From Schmidtea polychroa (taxonomy: Eukaryota): DNA of 64,000 nt. The notes beneath the pieces were generated by a model. That model ran no database searches. It saw only the letters and a program-made list of their open reading frames with translations, and was not told the DNA's origin. The stretch spans positions 33,542,001 through 33,606,000 of the forward strand of contig CM097888.1 of the NCBI GenBank assembly GCA_044892525.1, read 5' to 3'. Shown one piece after another: positions 10,401 to 21,413 of the stretch. Both the position numbers and the translations under genes were made by a program. Each line of letters starts with the position of its first letter. Positions within the stretch are counted from its first letter, which is position 1.

Positions 10401-12783
10401 TTTAGAAATTGAAAGGAAGATTTAAGAAAAGAATTTAAGAACTAAACAGCAGATCATAGAAACGAATTAAGAAATCAAAAAAACATTAAAATTAATTATC
10501 AGATCCCGGACAGAAATTATCCTCATTCGAACTAGAAAACTATCCTCGATTAATTTCCGACGAATTTAGAAGTAAATCACTTAAAAAAAAGTTTTTTTAT
10601 TTTGTATTGTTCAATAAACTTTGTAAAAGTAAAGTTAGTTTCGTTGTATATTAGACGTTCATTTAATATTTATTTTTCTACTGTTGCGTATTATTTTTTT
10701 TCCACACACAAAAGCACCCTAGCAGTCCCGAAATAAGTTTTAAAAGAGACTTCTTATAACAGTGTTTCTCAAACTATGGGTCGCGACCCATTTTTGGGTC
10801 GCGATGACTTATGGAAAGATCTACAAATATAAATTTTGGAAGTTTAAGCCTTTTAAATTTATTTAATCTTTGTCATGTGGGTCGCAATAAAATTTTTGGC
10901 ATGAAATGTCAAAAATTTGGGTCGTGATCAAAAATGTTTGAGAACCACTGTCTTATAACACATCCAATAATCACAATTAACAATAGTATCAGTAGCAACA
11001 ACAATTAATATTAATTTTATCGTATTATTATTATTTTATTAATTTTATTATATTATTAATATTATTATTATTAATATTATTTATTATTATTATTATTATT
11101 TATTGTTATTAATAGTATAAAGTGATGTCTTAGTAGCAGCATATATTATTTAAAACAATAAAGTGATAATTTAAGCCTTTTGCTGCAAATAATGTATTTA
11201 ATGAAAAATGCTTAAATTATCACTTTATTATTAATATTGATTATAGCAAACGGTTGATATAGCTCTAACAGACACTCGCAATTTGTTAGAAAGTCCTTGA
11301 GCTAGTTGCATTACTGTTAATTCAGTTTTTGTTTCATCATTTGAATTCTTTTTCATTTCATTTTTATCTTTATTTTGTAAATTTGTAGACTTATCTTTCA
11401 TTGTGATATTAGGCAGTGGGATGTTCATTGAATACTGGCATAACACCTCTGATTCTTTAAGATTTCCGAAATCTTGGATAATACTAGAAAATGTACAAGA
11501 GTTTTTCATTTTGAAATTGTCAGATTTGGGGAGATCAAATGAACGAAACTTGTTATTCAGCATATTTTGAATTTCTACTTTATATTTGTAAGAATGTACA
11601 TCATGATCATGTGTCAATTTATTTCTTTCAGTGGAATTAATAAATAAAGATTTTGTCAGATCATCTCTTATTCTTTCTAAAGACTTAATTAAACTATCGG
11701 AAGTTTGATTTTCCATTTTTTAAAACTTCACCAAAATTTAGGTAGTAAAACAATTTTCCAATATCAATTTTCTACCAAAACAAATTACAATACATAAAAA
11801 TATAAAATATACCAATTCTTCGCGTCTGTGTACGCACATCAATATCACAATAATTCTGCAGACTGACGCGATAAACCCAAAACAAAAACTGCCAATCATT
11901 CGCGTCTGTGTGCGCACATCAATATCACAATAATTCTGCACACAGACGCGACACAAAAAAACGCCAAAATCNNNNNNNNNNNNNNNNNNNNNNNNNNNNN
12001 NNNNNNNNNNNNNNNNNNNNNNNNNNNNNNNNNNNNNNNNNNNNNNNNNNNNNNNNNNNNNNNNNNNNNNNNNNNNNNNNNNNNNNNNNNNNNNNNNNNN
12101 NNNNNNNNNNNNNNNNNNNNNNNNNNNNNNNNNNNNNNNNNNNNNNNNNNNNNNNNNNNNNNNNNNNNNNNNNNNNNNNNNNNNNNNNNNNNNNNNNNNN
12201 NNNNNNNNNNNNNNNNNNNNNNNNNNNNNNNNNNNNNNNNNNNNNNNNNNNNNNNNNNNNNNNNNNNNNNNNNNNNNNNNNNNNNNNNNNNNNNNNNNNN
12301 NNNNNNNNNNNNNNNNNNNNNNNNNNNNNNNNNNNNNNNNNNNNNNNNNNNNNNNNNNNNNNNNNNNNNNNNNNNNNNNNNNNNNNNNNNNNNNNNNNNN
12401 NNNNNNNNNNNNNNNNNNNNNNNNNNNNNNNNNNNNNNNNNNNNNNNNNNNNNNNNNNNNNNNNTAATGAGCGTGGTGACCTACAATTACAAACAGATCT
12501 CGCTCCCAGAAGATATTGCTGCTCAAACATTCTACATCAATCACATATTGATTCATTTGTGCGACGAAATGATTCCCAACAGCTTCGGAGTATTTGCTAA
12601 TTATCATTAGTACCTTAACATTTACCTTAACGTGTTTCACAGGTGTTTGAAAATAAGATCGACTTCAACAGGCTACCAATCGATCTCTCAGAGCTCTACA
12701 AAGCCGGAATCACGTTACCCAAAATGGCCCTGCTTGTAGGGAAATTTAAAAATCAAAAAAATATCGTATCAACTTTGGCATAA
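4454..12783 (+). CDS. DDAH: Dimethylarginine dimethylaminohydrolase-like protein (amidinotransferase fold), 5 exons, catalytic triad lost
   Basis: Exons 4454-4717, 4763-4865, 7937-8133, (start in gap)-12589, 12643-12783 with GT-AG introns and compatible phases where visible; motifs YAFAIVS, HLNFVEILREIGVDVLEL, DVLFTGKEIIVGLS, AVARAFPEYP, LKEAITMAG, SLPEDIAA, DLSELYKAG match DDAH order. Confidence 0.9.
5612..6592 (+). mobile_element. Non-autonomous Helitron-like element in DDAH intron 2
   Basis: 5' a|TCTAATTTATAAT followed by (TGTA)n/TGTC microsatellite; 3' GC-rich stretch gacaacgccgggtcctccagCTAG resembling Helitron 3' ends. Confidence 0.55.
8392..9262 (-). mobile_element. Tigger/pogo-type DNA transposon deletion derivative
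   Basis: TIRs (a/c)agt(t/c)aaatct(c/g)gttactatgccac at both ends flanked by TA; internal ORF 8566-8784 (DFLKADERLAT...EEVVSFKEAH) resembles the acidic Tigger transposase C-terminus. Confidence 0.8.
10150..10470. repeat. Degenerate tandem repeat, about 66-68 bp unit, about 5 copies
   Basis: Recurrent gaaacgaa(t/a)ttaataaattaaacagtagatt...aaattttagaaatt. Confidence 0.8.
10760..10950. mobile_element. hAT-type MITE (191 bp)
   Basis: TIR cagtgtttctcaaac / gtttgagaaccactg; perfect 8-bp TSD TCTTATAA. Confidence 0.92.
11231..11716 (-). CDS. Orphan 161-aa ORF nested antisense in DDAH intron 3
   Basis: ATG-initiated (aaaaaATGg) stop-free frame of 486 nt in very AT-rich DNA; no recognised domain. Confidence 0.4.
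   Translation of the reverse strand: MENQTSDSLIKSLERIRDDLTKSLFINSTERNKLTHDHDVHSYKYKVEIQNMLNNKFRSFDLPKSDNFKMKNSCTFSSIIQDFGNLKESEVLCQYSMNIPLPNITMKDKSTNLQNKDKNEMKKNSNDETKTELTVMQLAQGLSNKLRVSVRAISTVCYNQY
11820..11971. repeat. Tandem repeat of about 80 bp running into an assembly gap
   Basis: cgcgtctgtg(t/g)cgcacatcaatatcacaataattctgca present twice; gap follows, probably a collapsed array. Confidence 0.7.
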
Positions 12784-13607
12784 GCGAATTGTTTTGTCTC
12801 GCATTGTTGTTATACTGCCCAACGATTTCAATGCCGAATCTGTCTTTGTGTGTGTCTGTGTGTGTGTGTGCTCGCGTTATTGTGCGTGTGTTTCTATTTA
12901 TTGATTGGTTGGTTATTTGATTTGATTCATTTTTATATATCGATCAGTGAATATTATTGATTATTGACTCAGTCGGTTTGTTGATGCAATTATAATAATT
13001 ATTATTATTATTCTTTTGATTTATAGAACTTTTCAAATTTTGTTTATATTATATTCTTGCACACAGAAATTTCGTTATTAATATTGATTATTGTTAGTAA
13101 TCTTGTTTATTTATTGATTGATTGATTGAGTGCCATAATTGGGCGTCGAGACCTTGCATTATAATTTGACTATATTTTGTTTAAATTTTTGACTGATAAA
13201 AATAAATTATTCCTGCTGACTTCATTTTATATATAAATGATTTATTATTATTATTATCCAATTAAAATTATTTTCAATTTCCTTTATAATTATTGGTTAT
13301 TTTCTAGGCTATAAATTAATGGTAAGCAAACACATTCAAGCTAATCCTATTTGTCTGGGATCAAGTTTTCTATCTTTAATCGTCACTTATTAATATTTTT
13401 TTATTTGGAGAATCTTCAATTTCTGAAGGAGTAGAAGTGTGGTTCAGATTAAATCTTTGTGAGATTGATACCGTCCACTTTTCTGTGATACGCCCTAACG
13501 AGCCCATGGGTCTTTCAAGGTGCACTTCCTACCCATTGTTATAAATCAATATTTTATACACATTTTTTATGTTGCATTTATTTAATCGAAATTAAAGATT
13601 TGAAGAA

Positions 13608-13731
13608 GCGAGACAAAGCAACTTGCTTATACGATTTCTTTTTTAATTTTCTTACAAGCAGAGCCATTTTGAGTAATGTAATGCTGGCTGTGTAGAAGTT
13701 TAAGAGATCGATTGGTAGCCTTTGAAATCGA
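13608..13731 (-). pseudogene. Inverted diverged copy of the DDAH terminal exon and start of its 3' UTR
   Basis: Reverse complement contains aggctaccaatcgatctct, caaaatggctctgcttgta and ttgtctcgc, colinear with 12669-12800. Confidence 0.85.
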
Positions 13732-14682
13732 GCAAGATTTATTAAATAAAACTCTCACAACAATCTAGTAGTCAGTTTTGGTTTCTCAATTTCTGTGTAT
13801 TCCATAATTTCAAAGATATTTGGAATTTATTTTTCATTAGTTTCACGGGAAGAACTTAAAAAGAAATCTTGCCCAAAATTTAAGCTTGAGTTGTCCTACC
13901 ATTGCTTGGATCATAATGTCAAAGTTACATTAAGTACCTAAATATGATGAGGTTATAACAAAGTCTGTTAACAAAAAAGCAGGATGAAAATACCAGTTCG
14001 CAATTTCTATTGAAGTTTCAAAGCATTCATTTGTTATTTTCCTACCTCAACAATTTCAAATCTCAAAATGTTATTACTTGGCCATTTATCTTTAAGAAAG
14101 TCTTTCTAATTCATAAATTATTTAGTGACCTTTTGTTGCTATTGAATGGCGTATATTTCTCCATCTATGGTTATATAAAATATCATTGTTAACAATATTC
14201 ATTGTTATTATTTACGTACATTCGCTAGGTTTCCGCTATTGGTTCCTTCATTTACATAAAATCAGCAACATTGTTGCATTTGTCTTAAAATAACGGATGA
14301 AAAATGTAAAACTTAAACCAGTTTTGAATATGGGGTATGGTGCAACGGATTCTGCACAATTAGCTGTTTACAGACTTCCATAGTTATTTAATTACTCAAT
14401 TATGTCCCAATTAGTGTGAAAATGAAATGAAACGTTTTTAAAATCAAGCCAGTGCCAACACCGTCTCTGTCATTAATACCAGTAAATGAATATATATCAA
14501 CAAAGTTCGCTTAAATTGTCAATTAAACCTGAATACATTTAAATATTAACACTAGATTTACGGACTGAGCCAATTTGACTCATTTAAAATTCATCCTCAT
14601 TGCTTCTTTTATGTGCTCTCAAAAGGAATAATACTTAGATAAAATAAACAGAACTGTTAAAAAGTAGAGAAACTATAGTTAA

Positions 14683-14822
14683 TGTTATGTGTAGAACGCA
14701 GTAACTTTCTGGCCTAACTGACTATTAGAGCAAAAATCAAACTTTTGAGCTGAATTCAGTCGATTTTGAATATTTGTGTAAAAATAAATTGTTTCAGTAG
14801 ATTTGGTATAATGAGATGATTG
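14683..14822. repeat. About 140-bp dispersed repeat, copy 1 (copy 2 at 18056-18196)
   Basis: tgttatgtgtagaacgcagtaactttctggcctaactgactatt...gagatgattgt near-identical in both places. Confidence 0.9.
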
Positions 14823-15928
14823 TAAGAGAGCTATCAGTTACAACGGTTGCAGTTCGAAGATAGCTCATCGTTTATATAATCTGGTTTAATGATAATACAT
14901 CTAATATCTGGATATTTGGTCAGAATTATCAAACTAATCCATAGACATTGATGTGAAAGAAATTAAGAGATTTTATTAAAATAAATACAGTGTTTTAAGT
15001 TGTAAATAATTGCTTGGCGTCTTATCATCCACATCATGTGCAATGAGTCTCACGGTTCTTTAGAGGTTATTTAATAGAGGTTATTTTACGTATATAGTGT
15101 CTTAGAAACATATACCCGATTTAATTATTGCTCAGTGACAAACATTTTGACATAAAACTCCAAGTGCATGAAATTGCATCAGTTGTTAGCTATCATTTAT
15201 TTTTTGGAAAGTGATATTCATTCTTATAAAATTTTAAAATATACCTCGAATTGTAAAGTATGGTATTGCAGTTTTCTTCTGTTTAATTATACATATTCTT
15301 TCAATTATAAAGGGGCAAATGCATTACAGAATGATAGTTGATAAATTTATGAATTTCTGGTTGGAATTTCGACAAAAGATTAACTTCATCACTACTCAGT
15401 ATAAAAAAAGTCTAATCAAGATGATATTTTCCCATTGCATAAATAAATAAAACACCCCCTAACTTGTTTGTTATTTGTTTCCGTACCGAAAACATGATTT
15501 TTATTAAATTTGTATAAAGAATCTTTAACATAAAATCAAAAGTCAATTACAGACAAAAAAATATAAAAATTCTTTCAAATATATTCGTTTTAATTATTTA
15601 TATATTTTATATCAGATTTTACTAAAAAAAATTGAAAATTGATTCAAAATCAAAATTTTTACATAAAATATGAAAAATAAATATCGAAAATTATTATAAT
15701 GTTATTTTTCTTATCTCAAATAGTATTTATAAATTCAATATCTCAGTTTTGTTTTAATTATAAGAAATTGTTATTAACAATATATTTTGACAGCTTTCAT
15801 TTCATGATTAACTAATATATAAAAAATTATAAATATTATAAACAATTTACACATTTTCTATTAATTTAAAAAATTATTTATTAACTTATTTAAACAATTA
15901 AATTTGTTTTAATTTATACTATTTTTAA

Positions 15929-16557
15929 TCCCTTTACTGTCAACTTCTTTTTCTGAAATCGACCTTTAATTGGCGACTTTATTTGCGGCCATAAAAAAAT
16001 TAATCTTTTAAAAATTTTTCAAACATCTTTATCAACAATTACGAACAACTAATAACGAATAACAGTTAACTAATTAATAACAAATTAAGCAGTTTTTAGT
16101 ATTGTTGTAAAATAATGAGTAGTGGATAACAAGGTACTGAATAAGATGAACAATTGTTTTGCAAGTTTTTGTGTCTCTTGCTCCAACCTTTTGTAAGAAT
16201 TTTTTTGTATTGTCTTCAATTTTATTTATCTGACACACTAGAACAGCATAATAATAGTTGTTGTGATGATTTAGCCTATAGCGATGGGGTAATACAGCTA
16301 CATTGAGGTTGGAAACGTTTTCTGAGATTTCATGGGAAATGTTTTTTGTATAATTTTTTATTTTGTTTAGTCCTGCCATACATTCTTGCCCTCAGCAGGG
16401 CTAGAGTTGTAGTAGAGTGCATGGTTATTATGGTTTGATGTTTCTAAATGACCTAGAACGACGTATTTACGTTTAGCCGAGTATATTCGGGTCTACCGTG
16501 CTGCAGTACGCTTTCAAATATATAAAACGGGTTAACTCGGGTCTACCGGTAAAGGGG
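15929..16557. mobile_element. piggyBac-like non-autonomous element
   Basis: TTAA on both sides; termini (t/c)ccctttac and gtaaagggg; duplicated cgggtctaccg subterminal motif. Confidence 0.55.
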
Positions 16558-17336
16558 TTAATAAATATTTTACTATAATTTTTATAATTTTATAATATAA
16601 AAAAACTATTTAAATAAACAAATATTTTTTAATTAATAAACATTTATTAAATCTATAATATCTATATTTTTACTATCCGACTTGATGATAACAGTAAATC
16701 TATTGAAATATATCATTAAAATGAATGTTTGAGTGGCGTTTTTTTATAATTAAATCATTGCCATGTTTATTTAGTTATTTTTTTTAATAAAGTTTAATTT
16801 AATTTTTTCAAAAATTTAATTAATTATGTGACAATGCACACTTGGATTTGATAATTTTCCATTGTGCAAACCGAGTCTTAGTTATCAAAAAATGTGAAAT
16901 TAGTTTTATAAGTCTTTTATTATTATTATTAATAATCTTGTATTGATTAAGGCTGGTGAATAATCAATCAGCACAATTGGTGAAATGTGCAGTTTGAAAT
17001 TTGTGCTGTTCAATTATAATTTTACAATAATTATTGATCACCAAATCTAGACAATTGTCCGTTTATTAAAATGATTGTTAATTAATTTTTATTTGATGAA
17101 ATGTCAATTGTTTAATATTTATTTACACCTATTAACACTACAATTAATTCATCTTTCACATAATTATTAAATTAATTTTGATTAACAAATCTGACAAATA
17201 AGTAAATTAATTGTAATTTTTTTATTTGTTATCATAAATAAAAAAGGCGAAAGATATAGTTAATAAAATATTAAAATTTGTATTTATCGGTGTAAGGGTG
17301 TCTTGGAATGCTTCTTGGAAATGTAACATTTAAAAG

Positions 17337-17586
17337 CAGGGGTTCTTAACCTTTTCAAACTTATGGACCCCATAAATATATAATTGGTACCGACGGACCC
17401 CTGAAATGTTAAAAAATTAATAAATTGATAGTAAAACACATACATTTTTTAATAATTATTTATAAATCTGTTTATTCAGCTTCAAACAAAAATAATAAAG
17501 GTTTTTTGTAAATAGTGCCGCGGACCACTTGGAACCCGATCGCGGACCCCCCTGGGGGTCCATGGACCCCAGGTTACGAACCCCTG
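17337..17586. mobile_element. hAT-type MITE (250 bp)
   Basis: TIR caggggttc / gaacccctg; flanks TTTAAAAG and TTTTAAAG (7/8); internal ggaccc repeats. Confidence 0.85.
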
Positions 17587-18055
17587 TTTTAAAGTGAAGG
17601 AGAGACGTTACTCTAAATTTTTAAGTTATTTACATTTGTATTTATTTAAATTGATAAATAAGAGCTGACTCCTGCCTAAATATTTTAGACTGTAGTGAAT
17701 AACATTGAGATAATTTATATAATGGAATGGTAGTTTATTTCATGCAAGTTTTGGTTATGATAATGAAAATCACTTCTTCTATTGCTTGTCAATGAAGAGG
17801 AAAAGCAAATTGAGGAAGAAGTAACTCTGGAAGAATGTAATTTTCATGATACATAGTACAAATCTGTTGGAGAAAATATGAGTTAAGGGGTAGTAAAAAC
17901 AAAATTTAAATCATTTGGAGTTTCAAGGTGATGAACACCTTAACAATTAATAATTAGTTAATAAATATGTTTAAAGATAGGAAATACAAAATGTATGAAC
18001 AAGGAGGAGAATGATATCTGGAGACCTCAAAGACCGCTTGTTAGTTCATTGCCTT

Positions 18056-18196
18056 TGTTATGTGTAGAACGCAGTAACTTTCTGGCCTAACTGACTATTG
18101 GAGCGAAAATCAAACTTTTGAGCTGAATTCAGTCGATTTTGAAGATTTGTGAAAAAATAAATTGTTTCAGTAGATTTGGTATAATGAGATGATTGT
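18056..18196. repeat. About 140-bp dispersed repeat, copy 2
   Basis: See 14683-14822. Confidence 0.9.
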
Positions 18197-18559
18197 TTAT
18201 TATTGTTGGGCTTTTAAATAAAATTTTATATAAATCATTAATTTCTTTATCAAAAGGTTGATTATAGAAGCTTTTTGAATCATGATAATTTTTTAAAAAG
18301 AGAATATCAGACGAGACATTTGTTTTTTTCTTTTTATTGTCAATTTTTTTACAGGAAAGTTGTTGATTTTTAAAAGTAAAATTTCTAAAAAAATATCTGC
18401 CATAAATAAATTTGTTTCTTATTTGCTAAGACATTTTCTAGTTTTGTCAAAAGGAGTCAAGATTTGTTTGATAAAAATAATTGAGGAAATTTCTTCTTCA
18501 TCGTTGATTATTCAAATTTTGGATTTCTTTGCTGCCAATTGCTGCTTTTTAGAAATCAT

Positions 18560-19271
18560 CTTTTATGCACAAGAGCCGGAGTGGCCCTTGAGATCTCCAA
18601 GTGTGTCGCGAGATTTTTGAAAAATATTAAAATTCCTAGGGTTTTGAAAGAAACAACAAAAGGTCAAGATATTTTTGATCTTATTGATAAGAATCTTCCA
18701 ATTTTTAATTATCACTGGAAAAATTGTGTGAGCATTTGTATTGATGGAGGTCGTCAATGATTAGAACGAATAAAGGATTTGTTTCTTTGGAACAACAGAA
18801 GAACTCGAAAATTTCAGGCGTTTACTGCATGATTCACCGAGAAGCTCTTGTTTCAAAATCATTGCCCGATAATCCCAAATCAGTAATAGATCAAGTAATT
18901 CAGATGGTGAATTTCATCAAAACTCGTCCTCTTCTAACGCCAATTTTTGCTCAACTCTGCGATGCGATAGAATATGACTTCAAATGTCCATTATTCGATA
19001 CTGACGTTCATTTGTTATCAAAAGGAAAGGTTTAAAAGTTGCTGGTTCATCAAAAGATTGAAGTTATATCACTTTTTGAAACCGAAGTAACCTTGAACCT
19101 CGATTTAATTCAATTTGTGCAAAGCAATAGGCCCAAATTTCTTACTAAATAAACAACTTTCTTTAAAAAATATGTTTTGCTCGTGGTCTTAGTTATGGAA
19201 CTTTTGGTGTGTCGCTAAAATTTTAAAGTTTGGCTAGTGTGGCACTACGCAAAAAGGGTTGGGAAACACTG
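18560..19271 (+). mobile_element. hAT (Buster/ZBED5-like) transposase remnant with right TIR
   Basis: Frameshifted motifs TTKGQDIFDLID, CVSICIDG, YCMIHREALVSK, MVNFIKTRPL; ends ggttgggaaacactg at 19271. Confidence 0.85.
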
Positions 19272-19559
19272 ATATAGAGGGTAGAATTCCACTGTTGTGC
19301 AGATATTATTAATGGGAAATAAATTTGAATGTTTTCTAATCATTGGTTGACCTTCTTATATGAACCATAATTGTTCTTACTTTTCTAATAATTGGCAAAA
19401 ACTGGGGTTTAAATTTTTTTCCTTTCAAAATATTTTATGGCTTTCTTCGGCTTTCCATTGTGAAACTAACTTAGATTTCTCTTTTGTTACAGACTTTGCG
19501 TTAACTGTTGAAATATGTTCAGTTCTATTGTTTCAAATTCAAGATCCATCTCAAGTTCC

Positions 19560-19830
19560 GGAAATTCAGTCGTAAGATTTTTCTATTGGACTAGCTGCAA
19601 GCCATCAACCAAACACTTTTATTGCAGAAATCCACTATGTTTTACTTATTTGTGTTGCATAAAGGTTACTGCCTACAATCACATTTTCAAATGCAAGTTT
19701 TGAAGGTTTGTTTTCAAAGTTGAAATTAGTAAAACATCTCTCAGGTCTGTCGTCACAAGAACAACTAACCAACCTGGTTTTCATCAGCGCTAAAATTGAA
19801 TTTTCTACGTTAATATATAAAATTAAATAC
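19560..19830 (+). pseudogene. hAT transposase C-terminal dimerisation-domain remnant (ZMYM1-like)
   Basis: Translates as TITFSNASFEGLFSKLKLVKHLSGLSSQEQLTNLVFIS, matching the hATC pattern (ASxERSFSKLKLIK...QERLxxL). Confidence 0.65.
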
Positions 19831-19869
19831 AAGTAGGGAGAGATAACTTGTTATTTTATCGATGGAGTT

Positions 19870-20170
19870 GTTAAAGAATATTGTAGCGGGGGATACGGAT
19901 TCGTTCTCTCTAGAAATATAAAATTGTAAATTAGAAAAACTTTCCCCTGAAATGGTTATATCTAATTATCCAACTGATCGACTTTATTCTAAAAAACTTG
20001 TCTCTGTTACAGGGAAATTTAAAGATGAGAGTAAGGGTAAAGAATATGATGAGTGGGTGGTCTTAAAAATTAAATGTTACAGTTTGTTAGGTAAATCAAA
20101 ATATCTAAAACCTAAAGGAGTTTATTTACAAAACTAAACCATAAATCTTATAAGGATTGTGTTTAATAGT
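19870..20170 (+). pseudogene. Protein-primed DNA polymerase B (Polinton-type) C-terminal remnant
   Basis: Motif C GDTDS, then SNYP...GKFKDE...KCYS...KGV and frameshifted HKSYKDC; contains a stop and a frameshift. Confidence 0.85.
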
Positions 20171-20188
20171 TCTTGATAATGGAACCAA

Positions 20189-21413
20189 AGTAGGTAGATA
20201 GTAGCCCACGGGAAAAATTACCCCCCCGGGGGGGGGGGGGGGTTTGTTCCCAAATTTTTATTACGCAATTGTTCCCAACTCATTTTTATGCTTTCAGGGA
20301 TTTTTGGTCCAAATTTTTTTATCACACTATAGTGAGGGGGTCTCGATGGTCCTGGGATTTTCAATACAAAAAATTTTTTTCAATACAAAAAGCTGGTCTA
20401 CACTAAAAAAAGCCAAGGATTTTTCAGACTATAGTGCGGGGGTCTCGATGGTCCTGGGATTTTCAATACAAAAAAAAATTTTTCAATACAAAAACGATGG
20501 TCCTGGGATTTTCAATACAAAAAAATTTTTTCTATACAAAATTCCGACTACCACTAAAAAAGCCAAGGATTTTTCAGACTATAGTGAGGTGAGTCTCCTA
20601 GAACCTGAGAAATATGTGGTCTACACTAAAAAAACGTGGTAATTTAAGGTCTCAGGATATTTTCAATACAAAAAGCTGGTCTACACTAAAAAAGCCAAGG
20701 ATTTTTCACACTATAGTGAGGTGAGTCTCCTTGGTCCTGAGAAATAGGTGGTCTACACTAAAAAAACGTGGTAATTTAAGGTCTCAGGATATTTTCAATA
20801 CAAAAAGGTGGTCTTCAATAAAAAAGCATGGATTTTTCTAGGTCAATTCAGGTGAGTCTCCTTGGTCCTGAGAAATAGGTGGTCTACACTAAAAAAACGT
20901 GGTAATTTAAGGTCTCAGGATATTTTCAATACAAAAAGCTGGTCTACACTAAAAAAGCATGGTAATTTAAGGTCTCAGGATATTTTCAATACAAAAATCT
21001 GGTCTACACTAAAAAAGCCAAGGATTTTTCAGACTATAGTGAGGGGGGTCTCCTTGGTCCTGAGAAATAGGTGGTCTACACTAAAAAAACGTGGTAATTT
21101 AAGGTCTCAGGATATTTTCAATACAAAAAGGTGGTCTTCAATAAAAAAGCATGGATTTTTCTAGGTCAATTCAGGTGAGTCTCCTTGGTCCTGAGAAATA
21201 GGTGGTCTACACTAAAAAAACGTGGTAATTTAAGGTCTCAGGATATTTTCAATACAAAAAGCTGGTCTACACTAAAAAAGCATGGTAATTTAAGGTCTCA
21301 GGATATTTTCAATACAAAAATCTGGTCTACACTAAAAAAGCCAAGGATTTTTCAGACTATAGTGAGGGGGGTCTCCTTGGTCCTGAGAAATAGGTGGTCT
21401 ACACTAAAAACGT
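20189..21413 (+). repeat. Left inverted arm built of about 30/60-bp tandem subrepeats
   Basis: Units such as ggtctacactaaaaaa(a)cgtggtaatttaaggtctcaggatattttcaatacaaaaag; 323-bp higher-order repeat (20862 to 21185). Confidence 0.92.

Noticed and set aside
11738-12640. Long ORFs spanning N-runs here and at 35933-37339, 43351-43728, 46901-47429
   Set aside because: Artefacts of translating assembly gaps
20300-21413. CRISPR-like appearance of the regularly spaced repeats (also 28151-29400)
   Set aside because: Units are contiguous with no unique spacers, there are no cas genes, and the context is eukaryotic; these are terminal-repeat subrepeats
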